From Myxococcota bacterium (GTDB lineage: Bacteria > Myxococcota_A > UBA9160 > JAFDDA01): 64,000 bases of DNA. Shown here one piece after another: positions 1 through 8,173 of the stretch. The DNA lies in contig OZ245817.1 of NCBI GenBank assembly GCA_965228475.1, positions 2,496,001 through 2,560,000 on the forward strand, in the 5' to 3' direction. Numbering within the stretch: position 1 is the first letter of the stretch; the number at the start of each line of letters is the position of its first letter. A program made the translations under genes and the position numbers. Under the pieces are notes generated by a model, which did not search any database, was not told the origin of the DNA, and worked only from the letters and a program-made list of their open reading frames with translations.

Positions 1-892
1 GCCTCTGGATCTTCGCCGCCAGCTGCGCCGGCATTCGCTCGAGCTCGTGCGATCGAAATGACGCGACCAGCCGAACACCAGCGGGACGCAGCTCCCTTGC
101 CAGAGCTTCGAAGAGCACGATAGATGACGGATCACCGACCTGGAGGTCGTCGATCGCGACCAAGACAGGCGAATCCACTGCCAGATCCGACAGCGCCTGC
201 CCAATGGACTCGAACGCATCAAAGAGAATCATGCTTGCGGAGCTCGCCGCTTTCGCCTGCCGGGACTGCATCGCAGAGAGCTCCGACTCCCAGCGATCAG
301 CCAGGCCGAGTGATCGAAACACCTGCTGCCACGGGGTATACGGAGCGCCTCGGCGCGCCTCAGAACAGCGCCCCACCGCAACGCGACATCCCCTCCGTCT
401 AGCCCGCAGCGCGAACTCTTCTATCAGTCGAGTCTTTCCTATTCCCGCCTCTCCCAGCACCAGCGCAACTCCGGTCATCCCAAGATCGAGATCGATCACG
501 CTTGTCAACTGCGAGAGCTCAGTTCTCCTCCCTACAAACCCTTGAGACTCGGTTCGCAGCTCGATGTTCTGATGATCGCTGTCAGCTTCTCGGACATTAA
601 CGAGCCACCGATACCCCTTCCCGTACACTGCCTGGATCGTTGTAGGATTGTCCGCCGAGTCGCCGAGGGCAGTCCTGAGTGAATTGATGGCAGTCGGAAT
701 AGTCGAAGCAGCGATCGCCCGCCCTTGCCAGATCTCCTCTTGAAGCTCGGCTTTTCTGACTACTCGATCGCGATTGCGGATGAGATAAAGGAGCAAGTCA
801 AAGACCAACTGCCCAATCTCTACGGGCTGGCCGCGACGAAGCAGAAGCCGCCTGCCTTCGTCCAACTCGAAGTCCGAGAACTGAAAATGCAT
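1..892 (-). CDS. Winged-helix (OmpR/CadC-type) DNA-binding domain + AAA/STAND-type ATPase transcriptional regulator, 3' end runs off the window
   Basis: Not in the ORF track; translated by hand from ATG at 892: MHFQFSDFELDEGRRLLLRRGQPVEIGQLVFDLLLYLIRNRDRVV..LRTALGDSADNPTTIQAVYGKGYRW (wHTH), then FVGRRTEL, Walker A GEAGIGKT, Walker B VLVAIDDLQ; frame open to position 1. Confidence 0.85.
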   Translation of the reverse strand, partial: MHFQFSDFELDEGRRLLLRRGQPVEIGQLVFDLLLYLIRNRDRVVRKAELQEEIWQGRAIAASTIPTAINSLRTALGDSADNPTTIQAVYGKGYRWLVNVREADSDHQNIELRTESQGFVGRRTELSQLTSVIDLDLGMTGVALVLGEAGIGKTRLIEEFALRARRRGCRVAVGRCSEARRGAPYTPWQQVFRSLGLADRWESELSAMQSRQAKAASSASMILFDAFESIGQALSDLAVDSPVLVAIDDLQVGDPSSIVLFEALARELRPAGVRLVASFRSHELERMPAQLAAKIQR

Positions 893-1018
893 CGGCGATC
901 AGTCTAAGGCGAGGGGAGGCCGGTCTGCGCCGAACCGATGCAAAGAGCCGAAAAGCAAGGTAGAAACCCTCGCTAGATCATCAGAAAGCCTCAGAAGCCC
1001 CGCAAGGCGCAGGGCGCC

Positions 1019-2488
1019 TCACCCGATCGAAACCGAGACCCGAAGCTCCTCGCCCGCGGGGTTGAGTGGCCCGACACTCAGCGGTCCAAAGAAGCCGGCA
1101 CCGAGCTCGGAAGCGGCTGCCAGCTCAAGGGATTCCATGACCCTCGAGGCCACCAGGTCGGGCGCCACTCCAGGATCGAGGGGCACCACCAATGCAACCC
1201 GCCCACCCGCGATGGTGACCCCAATTGTGCCACCTCTCCTAGCGAGCCCGACACAGAGCACGAGGAGCAAAGCAAGGCAGAGAGTGAGACGAGACCTCGG
1301 CCCCGAGACTTTGCCCGACTCGACGTCCGTCGCGATTGAAACCCCGGCCCGGCCCACGGCCGCAGCGATCCCCTCAGCAGCCTCGGAAAGCAGCTCGCTC
1401 AAATCGCACAAAGTGCAAGCCTCGATTCGATCGCTGCGGACCTCAGCGATTAAGTCCTCCAAGACCCTCGCTGGACGGAACCCTGAAGCTAGCAATAGGG
1501 CCGGCGCCGCAAGGACCTTGAGCTGATCGACTTCGACCGACACCGATTCAGCCGGCTCCATCGAGCGAGCGTTCTCGATCGCAAGAGAAACCTGAGAGGC
1601 TAAGCCCTCCAAGAGTGCGCGTTCGGCTGCCCGAAAGGACCTCCCGCCCTTCCGATTGTCAACCACCAACACGCCGACCGCGCCTCTTGGCCCCACAAGC
1701 GGAACAGAAAGGATCTCTTCTGCGGCTAGCTCCACAGCCAGGGTTCTGCCGACCGGGCCGAGCTCCGTCGCGGTCTCTGCAACGACCAACTTCGTCTCTC
1801 CCGAGCGAACGGATTCGAGCCACGGCCCCCCATTTGCCTCGTCGATCGAAAGCTCACAGGCAAGACCGCCATCGGGGTCGGAGCTCTCTGAGCTAGCCAC
1901 CATCGTCAACCGGACTCCTGCCTTGTCGAGGATTCCGATCATCGCAGCATCGAACCCAAGATCTGAGGCCACAGCCCGGACCACAAGCTTTGTGAGGCGG
2001 TCAAGGTCGGATTCAGAGCCGATTTGGTGGCTAATCGATCGGACGGCTGTCAGTTCCCGGAGAAGCGAGTCCTTCTCAGACTCCAGGGCATAGAGGTCGA
2101 TGGCTTGCACCACCACCTGCCTCATCTGATCGGGCGACCAAGGCTTCGGGATGTACCGGTAGATCTTCCCGTGGTTGACTGCGTCCGCCAGGGTTTCTGC
2201 GTCACCGTATGCGGTGACCAAGAGGCGCACTGTCCTCGGGTCGACCTCCCGCACCCGAGAAAGAAAATCGGTTCCCGTCATCTCGGGCATTCGGTGGTCG
2301 CTGAGCACGACGGAAATAGGGTGTTGATTGATCAGGTCGAGCGCGTCAGCGCCGCTCTCAGCCGTATAAATCGTGAAATCTCGACGAAAGGCGAGTTCGA
2401 AGGCGCGCAGGTTCGCCCTCTCATCATCTACGTAGAGGACAGGGAACTCTCGTCGATCCACGAGGCGTTGCGGCTCAGGCTGCATCAA
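1019..2488 (-). CDS. Response regulator: REC + GAF + degenerate histidine-kinase-like C-terminus
   Basis: REC motifs LYVDDE, SDHRMP, LVTAY, KPW; GAF signature VPLVGPRGAVGVLVVDN..LASQVSLAIENAR; C-terminus resembles HATPase but lacks a clear H-box and G-boxes; start TTG 2488 or ATG 2485 overlaps the upstream stop. Confidence 0.85.
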   Translation of the reverse strand: MMQPEPQRLVDRREFPVLYVDDERANLRAFELAFRRDFTIYTAESGADALDLINQHPISVVLSDHRMPEMTGTDFLSRVREVDPRTVRLLVTAYGDAETLADAVNHGKIYRYIPKPWSPDQMRQVVVQAIDLYALESEKDSLLRELTAVRSISHQIGSESDLDRLTKLVVRAVASDLGFDAAMIGILDKAGVRLTMVASSESSDPDGGLACELSIDEANGGPWLESVRSGETKLVVAETATELGPVGRTLAVELAAEEILSVPLVGPRGAVGVLVVDNRKGGRSFRAAERALLEGLASQVSLAIENARSMEPAESVSVEVDQLKVLAAPALLLASGFRPARVLEDLIAEVRSDRIEACTLCDLSELLSEAAEGIAAAVGRAGVSIATDVESGKVSGPRSRLTLCLALLLVLCVGLARRGGTIGVTIAGGRVALVVPLDPGVAPDLVASRVMESLELAAASELGAGFFGPLSVGPLNPAGEELRVSVSIG

Positions 2489-5261
2489 TGTTCTCTTCTG
2501 GGAGCCAGATCTCGAAGCAGGCGCCGTCGCCTAGAACAGAAGACACTCCGATCGTCCCGCCGTGGCTCTCGATAACCTGCCTCGAGATCGAAAGGCCGAG
2601 CCCCGTGCCCTTCCCTGCACCTTTTGTCGAGAAGAACGGGTCGAACAGTCGCGCTATGTCGTCAGGCTCGATCCCGGGCCCATTGTCACGAATCGCCACT
2701 TGAACCCCGCTGGCGTGGGCCTCGATCGATACCGAGATCTTTCCACCCCCTCCTTCTTCGAGAGCCTCCGACGCGTTCTTTAGGATGTTCAGAAGGACCT
2801 GACCGATCGCCTGTGGGTCTCCCACCACAAGAGGAACGCCCTCTGCGCAGCTAACCGCGACAGAGACGTTCTTCTCTGCCATGGAGTGCCGCAAGAATCT
2901 CGAGACAGAATCAACAGACTGGACGACGCTGAAATGGACCTTCTCACCGAGGGCTGGCCTGGAGAAGTCTCGAAGATCTCCTACAAGCTTTCCCGTTCGC
3001 TCGAGGCCTTCTTCAACGATACCGGCGAGCTCTATCACCGCGCTGGACGTATCGCTCAACTCAGCCAGCCGCAACCGCTCGGAAATCTTGGCTTTCTCTT
3101 CACCTGACAGAGGCGGCCCGCTCTCTTGAACCAGCCCACAAACCTCACGAGCTGCCGATACGAGATCCTCGATGTAGGGCTTCATGGCACGGACCGCATT
3201 CACGGAGTAGTTCACAGGGTTGTTGACTTCGTGAGCGACACCAGCTGCGAGTTCGCCTACCGCTGCCAAGCGCTCCGATTGTACGAGCTGGGCCTCCGCC
3301 TCCTTCAGCTCATCCAGCGTCGTCTCAAGTTCGTCGTTCGCATGCTCTAGAGCGCGGTTCCGTTCCGCAAGCTCAGTCTGCAGCTGCCTGAGCCGTACCA
3401 AGCTCCGCACCCGGGCGAGCAGCTCCCGCGAGTGGAAGGGCTTCGTAACGTAGTCGTCAGCCCCCAACTCAAGGCCCTCAATCTTCATCTCGCGCTCTGC
3501 CTTGGACGTGACCAAGATCACCGGCAGAGCTTCAGTCGTCGAATCACATTTCAACGTCTCACAGAGCTCAGTCCCCGACATCTCCGGCATCATCACGTCC
3601 GTCAACACCAGATCTGGCATTCTGCGCCGCACTTCCTCGAGGCCCTCCCGTCCATTCTTCGCCGTCCGGACTGCGAACTCACTCGACAGGACGTGAACCA
3701 AGAGCCTACGCATATCCGGGTTGTCCTCGCAGACCAAGACGTCCGGCATGTCCGCTCCGCCCTGGCCAGCCTGCGCCCCCTCATCGTGCGCACTCCCTTT
3801 CGTACGCTCCCATCGGTCTACCGATCGCTCTAGATCCAGGAGCTTGCTCGCCTCCTCATGGTCCCGCGAGAGCTGAGCGTCCAAATCTGCGAAGCCTGAG
3901 ACCTGCGACCTTTCCCTGGGTGCATCCGCAAGGACATCTTCCCTCGCAACGTCCTCTTCTCCTTGTGGCAAGGTCACAGCCACGTTGGTCCCGAAGCCTA
4001 TACCCTTGCTAACCGCCCAGATCTTTCCACCGTGCAGCTCGACCAGCTCTTTCGAGAGCGCCAGGCCAATCCCCGTTCCTTCGTGCCGACGAGTTGACGA
4101 ACCATCGGCCTGGGCGAAGCGATCGAAGATCCTCTCGCAGTCACGAGGCTCAAGGCCGATGCCTGTATCCGACACTTCGAGCCTTATTCCATCACCATCA
4201 GCACGAGCGCAGACAGAGATCGACCCGCCCGAATCCGTGAACTTCAATGAGTTTCCAACTAGGTTGATCAACACCTTCTCGAGTGCATCCGGGTCCGCGT
4301 TGATCGAGAGAGACTCATCGAACTCGCCAACGCTGAGATTGACTCCCTTCTTGCGAGCCAGAGGCTGAGCTCCCGACACGATGTCTGCCGCAAGCTGAGC
4401 CGGCGATACCAATCGGCGCTCGATCCTAAGTTGATCACTCTCAATCTTCGCCAGATCGAGCAGGTTATTGATCAGCTTCAGTAGCCTGAGCGCATTGACG
4501 TGCATCGTGCGCAAGTAGTCGCGCTGGAGCGGGTTGACTTCGCCGAACTCACCCCCCAGAAGGCTCTCGAGCGGAGCGAGGGTCAACGTAAGGGGCGTGC
4601 GAAGCTCGTGGTGGACGTTCGCAGTGAATCTCGACTTCTGCTGGTCGAGCTCCCGCAGGGTGTCTCGCGCCTTCTCGACCTCTCGACGCCGAACGAAATC
4701 TCGAAAGCGGCTGTTGTCGATAAGCGCGGCACTAGCGATGCAGACGATTCCGGCCGAGAACAAGAACACCGAGCTCATCAAGAATTCACGCCAGGGGATC
4801 TCCCATGGCAAGACCAACGGAGAGCATGCATAGAGTCCGAACGTGCAGACGCTCAAGACTGCCGCTTCTCGTACTGAGAACGGCAACAGGACAGGAACGC
4901 CCGCAAGGAAGAGGATTAGCCCGACGTAGTAGCCGCCAGAGGGCTCGCCGGTACCGAAGATCACCATTCCCAGCATCGCTTCAGTCGACAGAGTCAACGC
5001 CCACTTCGAGACAGGCGCAGGAACCCCACTGGAGGGCGCGAAGAACAGCCCGATCAGTCCGACTTGGAGAGCGCATCGAACCAGGAAGAAGTCTGCGAAT
5101 TGCGCCGGGAAGAGGTAGAAGTCAGAGAAGACGAAGAGGACGTTGACGACAGCAGTCGTCACCACTCCGGTGCGAATGTAAGAGCTTCCACCATAGTGGT
5201 TGAGCTCTCGCCAGTACGCTTCGTAGGAAGCTCTGCCTGCCTCTTCTACCAAACCGGCCAT
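2475..5261 (-). CDS. Membrane hybrid sensor kinase: multi-TM sensor + HisKA/HATPase + REC + second HisKA/HATPase
   Basis: About 5-6 hydrophobic helices; H-box HHELRTPL, N-box NLVGNSLKFT, DTGIG, GTGIGL; REC VCEDN/DVMMP/KPF; second H-box AHEVNNP, NILKNA, DNGPG, GTGLGL. Confidence 0.92.
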   Translation of the reverse strand: MAGLVEEAGRASYEAYWRELNHYGGSSYIRTGVVTTAVVNVLFVFSDFYLFPAQFADFFLVRCALQVGLIGLFFAPSSGVPAPVSKWALTLSTEAMLGMVIFGTGEPSGGYYVGLILFLAGVPVLLPFSVREAAVLSVCTFGLYACSPLVLPWEIPWREFLMSSVFLFSAGIVCIASAALIDNSRFRDFVRRREVEKARDTLRELDQQKSRFTANVHHELRTPLTLTLAPLESLLGGEFGEVNPLQRDYLRTMHVNALRLLKLINNLLDLAKIESDQLRIERRLVSPAQLAADIVSGAQPLARKKGVNLSVGEFDESLSINADPDALEKVLINLVGNSLKFTDSGGSISVCARADGDGIRLEVSDTGIGLEPRDCERIFDRFAQADGSSTRRHEGTGIGLALSKELVELHGGKIWAVSKGIGFGTNVAVTLPQGEEDVAREDVLADAPRERSQVSGFADLDAQLSRDHEEASKLLDLERSVDRWERTKGSAHDEGAQAGQGGADMPDVLVCEDNPDMRRLLVHVLSSEFAVRTAKNGREGLEEVRRRMPDLVLTDVMMPEMSGTELCETLKCDSTTEALPVILVTSKAEREMKIEGLELGADDYVTKPFHSRELLARVRSLVRLRQLQTELAERNRALEHANDELETTLDELKEAEAQLVQSERLAAVGELAAGVAHEVNNPVNYSVNAVRAMKPYIEDLVSAAREVCGLVQESGPPLSGEEKAKISERLRLAELSDTSSAVIELAGIVEEGLERTGKLVGDLRDFSRPALGEKVHFSVVQSVDSVSRFLRHSMAEKNVSVAVSCAEGVPLVVGDPQAIGQVLLNILKNASEALEEGGGGKISVSIEAHASGVQVAIRDNGPGIEPDDIARLFDPFFSTKGAGKGTGLGLSISRQVIESHGGTIGVSSVLGDGACFEIWLPEENIDAA

Positions 5262-5271
5262 TCAGACCAGA

Positions 5272-5297
5272 ATCGGTAGAAAACACAGCTTTCTTGA
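5272..5297 (-). promoter_or_regulatory. Putative sigma28/FliA-like promoter TCAAG-N15-ACCGAT upstream of the hybrid kinase
   Basis: Minus strand reads TCAAG aaagctgtgttttct ACCGAT, 10 nt before the ATG; the same geometry recurs at 40713-40738 and 58576-58601. Confidence 0.4.
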
Positions 5298-5357
5298 GCT
5301 GCTATTGCTGATACCGCAGCGCGCGGTCGCAGCTCCCAGCTGACGCAGGGGACTTGG

Positions 5358-7856
5358 CTAACTGGGCCTTATCGCTGACAGAACGATCGCCTGCGGAGGG
5401 TCACCGAACCCACCGGATGTACGCACGGACGAGAAACCTGCCCGCCGAACCATCTCCTGCAGCTCGACTTCATCCCAAAAGTGGAACCGACCGGCCTCCT
5501 CGAGGTCAAGGATCCGAGCGGCGTCGTTGAGAAACCGACGCAGCGACTCATCAACCGCAGTCTCGCCAACACTCCCTAGCAACTCACTCGCTCGACCGGA
5601 CCTCAACTCCCGAACACCCTCGACAAACAGTCGAGAGATGTCCGCGTCCTTCCGGAGCGTCGAAAGGACCAGCCTCCCCGACGGACGAAGCATCCGATAC
5701 ATCAGCTTAATCTGAGCTTCGGGTTCTTCAACGTAGGAGAGAAATAGGGACGCGAGAAGGGCATCGTACCTGCCCTCGAAGCCACCTGCTGAAACCACCC
5801 CTGTATCGGCGAGGTCGCATTCGATGTAACGAAGAGAGACGCCATGAGGCGTGCCGACCTTTTCGATTCGAGTTCTTGCGTGCTTCAATGCCTCGGGAAC
5901 GAGATCTATCAGGTCAACCGTGATTCCCTGCGGAGCCCCAGACTCCAGCAGCCTAAGCGGGAATGCTCCTGTGCCAGCGCCGACATCCGCGACCCGATCC
6001 CCAGAGCCTAGGCCTAAGGCGAGAATCTGCGTATCCATGAGGCGCTGGTACGGCTCGATCGCATTCATCAAATCGATCCCGAGCCCCCCGTCCCGGCCGA
6101 GCAGGTAGTTGCGCCAGAAGTCCACGGCATTGATCGATGGTGCGCCGACCCGTGCTCGCTCTGCCTTCCTCTTCAGCTCCAATGCCGAAACATCGGGAAG
6201 GCCAGGAGCAAGCTCCATTTCCGTAGCCATCTTTCCGATCTCGACTGCGATCAACTGGAACACTTCGATCGCCTCTTGACTACTCCGCAGCTGATGGCCA
6301 GTGGGTACCTCAAGCAGTTTTCGCCTCGACGTATCGCCGAGCGCCATAATCTCGCGGACGCGGGTCAAGTCTAGCCACGCATCGAACTTACCGTGGATCC
6401 AGGTGATTGGAACGTCGATCTCAGCCATCTCTCGACGAGAGTCTTCCAGAAAGGCTAAGTCGTTCCCAATCGCGTCACTCGCGACCCTATCGATGTCTGT
6501 CGTTACGCCCATCAGTTCCTGAATTCCGAACTCCAGTCCCTGCTCGGCGCCACCGATGAAGTCCAGCCCACCCGAGACCTTCTTCAATCCTGACTGGAGG
6601 TCGGGAGCACCGACAACGCTAACCCAACCTTTGATGAGACCAGTCTGGTCTGCCACAACAGCCCTCCTAGCCTCGATCGATGCGGCGCTGAAGCTGACCA
6701 AAATGGCGGTTTGGGTGGCGAACTCAGGAGAGGTTGAGAAGTAATCAACCGTGGCCTGAATGTCCTTCACGCCCTCGGAAATCGAGAAGTGCAGATTCTC
6801 CATTCCTTCGGTCAGGCACTCGGGGTCATTGTGGGACTCACCTCTTTTCCGAACACCATCGAAACGAACGACCACCACAGGAACGTTTGCTTTCTCGAAG
6901 GTGGCCAGAATCGTCGCCGCCAAGGGGAGCAAAGTCTCCTTCGTCCGACCCCAAGCAGGGGGGATAACGACCAGCGTTGCCCCTCTTCTTTCCCCGACAC
7001 TGTCAACGATCGCCACGATCTCTTCGCCGCGGGAATTTGGGTACCTCACCACCTCGATACGTTCCGAGGTTCGTTTCGCTCGCCCGAGGGCTCCACGAAT
7101 CACAGCACTCGCGCCAGCAGCTGCAAGGCTCAGCTTCTGCCTGATCCGAGAGCCTGCTGGTAGTTGGAGAATCGAAGAACGGCGCTCCACTGGGTAGAGA
7201 TCTGTGGGTCGGACAGAACTAGTAGACAACCCAACCCGGCTCCACCCGGCCCGCGTGGGAGCCGCGGACTTTCGGCGCAGCTGTGCCCAGCGAAGCGCCT
7301 CTCCATGAATCTCCACTCGAAACGAGGACTCTAAGTCCTGCGCGCCTCTTGTCGGCAGCTCAACTTGAAGGCCGTCCGCCGAGAGATCAACAACCCGACC
7401 TCTAGCTAGAGTCGCGCCAGACTCTGAGTAGATCGATACCTCTCGCGCTCCCCCCTCATCAACTCGGCTGCGGCGCCGATCCCGGCGCTCCGCGCGGTAG
7501 ATCCTACTGGGCATGGGCGCGACCACGCGGTCCGCCACCCCACAATCAGAACTAGGCAAACAGACGAAGAAGTACGGGAGGCCGTCCAGAAAGAAATTGA
7601 GAAGCAACGAACTCTTCCGTGCCTTGTCAAAGTTCTTAGTGCTGAGCGATACGGAGTCGGACCCGACTGTCTCCAAATACGCGGTCTCGGGATCATCTGA
7701 GCGATGCCTAGCCCCAGAGAGGGGAATACGCTCGCGGCACACCCTGGCTAGAACCGCCTGGATCTCTTTGGAATCCTTGATTGCGCTGGCGTGAAGCTCA
7801 TCAATGACACCCGGAGCTATCGGCTGCCCTAGGCGGTACGTAGGAGAGGTCTGCAC
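5358..7856 (-). CDS. PilZN/PilZ + alpha/beta-hydrolase (LuxD-like acyl-thioesterase) + class I SAM methyltransferase fusion (832 aa)
   Basis: PilZ motifs ERRDRRR and DLSADG; hydrolase segments PPAWGRTKE, VRFDGVRKRGES, nucleophile elbow SFSAA, HGKFDAWL, PTGHQL; SAM motif VADVGAGTG, LFLSYV, LRPSGRL. Start moved to GTG 7856 (GAGAAAGG upstream). Confidence 0.8.
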   Translation of the reverse strand: MQTSPTYRLGQPIAPGVIDELHASAIKDSKEIQAVLARVCRERIPLSGARHRSDDPETAYLETVGSDSVSLSTKNFDKARKSSLLLNFFLDGLPYFFVCLPSSDCGVADRVVAPMPSRIYRAERRDRRRSRVDEGGAREVSIYSESGATLARGRVVDLSADGLQVELPTRGAQDLESSFRVEIHGEALRWAQLRRKSAAPTRAGWSRVGLSTSSVRPTDLYPVERRSSILQLPAGSRIRQKLSLAAAGASAVIRGALGRAKRTSERIEVVRYPNSRGEEIVAIVDSVGERRGATLVVIPPAWGRTKETLLPLAATILATFEKANVPVVVVRFDGVRKRGESHNDPECLTEGMENLHFSISEGVKDIQATVDYFSTSPEFATQTAILVSFSAASIEARRAVVADQTGLIKGWVSVVGAPDLQSGLKKVSGGLDFIGGAEQGLEFGIQELMGVTTDIDRVASDAIGNDLAFLEDSRREMAEIDVPITWIHGKFDAWLDLTRVREIMALGDTSRRKLLEVPTGHQLRSSQEAIEVFQLIAVEIGKMATEMELAPGLPDVSALELKRKAERARVGAPSINAVDFWRNYLLGRDGGLGIDLMNAIEPYQRLMDTQILALGLGSGDRVADVGAGTGAFPLRLLESGAPQGITVDLIDLVPEALKHARTRIEKVGTPHGVSLRYIECDLADTGVVSAGGFEGRYDALLASLFLSYVEEPEAQIKLMYRMLRPSGRLVLSTLRKDADISRLFVEGVRELRSGRASELLGSVGETAVDESLRRFLNDAARILDLEEAGRFHFWDEVELQEMVRRAGFSSVRTSGGFGDPPQAIVLSAIRPS

Positions 7857-7867
7857 GAGGGCCTTTC

Positions 7868-8056
7868 TCAGTTGAGACGGAGCCTGGAAGGGAACGCAAA
7901 TCCGGCCGTCCTCGACCGATTCCGCCGATCCATCCCGTTTCGCAGGGGCGTGTCGAGCGCTCGCAGGCGCGAGAGGATCTCGACGACCGCGGCGCGGTCT
8001 GCGATGGATTGTCGGTGGAGGGCGCCGAAGGTCGGCTGAGGATTCAGCTGGGTCAT
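7868..8056 (-). pseudogene. 62-aa ORF, truncated paralog of the PilZN N-terminus of the next gene (remnant or mini-protein)
   Basis: LHRQSIADRAAVVEILSRLRALDTPLRNGMDRRNRSRTA aligns ungapped with LHASAIKDSKEIQAVLARVCRERIPLSGARHRSDDPETA of 5358-7856; AAGGA upstream of the ATG; stop lies 11 nt before the next GTG. Confidence 0.55.
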
Positions 8057-8173
8057 GCATCCTTCTTCCGTGAAGTCCGCGCGTAGCCAAGTGGTTGCGA
8101 AACCGCATTCTACTTACGGTAGAAGAAGGGATTCAAGCTGTAGTTGCGAGTTTGGGGTGATAACAACGCGGAC

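Larger units (their letters stand above)
1..8170. other. Compositionally distinct (lower-GC) accessory segment, left boundary outside the window
   Basis: By eye, many more A/T-ending codons and TA/AA dinucleotides than the very GC-rich DNA from ~8174 onward; GC not computed; no mobility gene seen. Confidence 0.65.

Noticed and set aside
1213..1224. 12-bp match (TGGTGACCCCAA) to the tRNA-Glu 3' end at 63918-63929 as a possible att site
   Set aside because: It lies inside an intact CDS, the enclosed 62 kb contains core-type genes (prmA, queE, dgt, miaE), and no integrase is present; treated as chance
7857..8108. N-terminal 84 aa of the 916-aa ORF in the track
   Set aside because: Arg/Pro-rich and non-domain-like; it overlaps a better-supported 62-aa ORF in another frame, and GTG 7856 has its own purine-rich RBS
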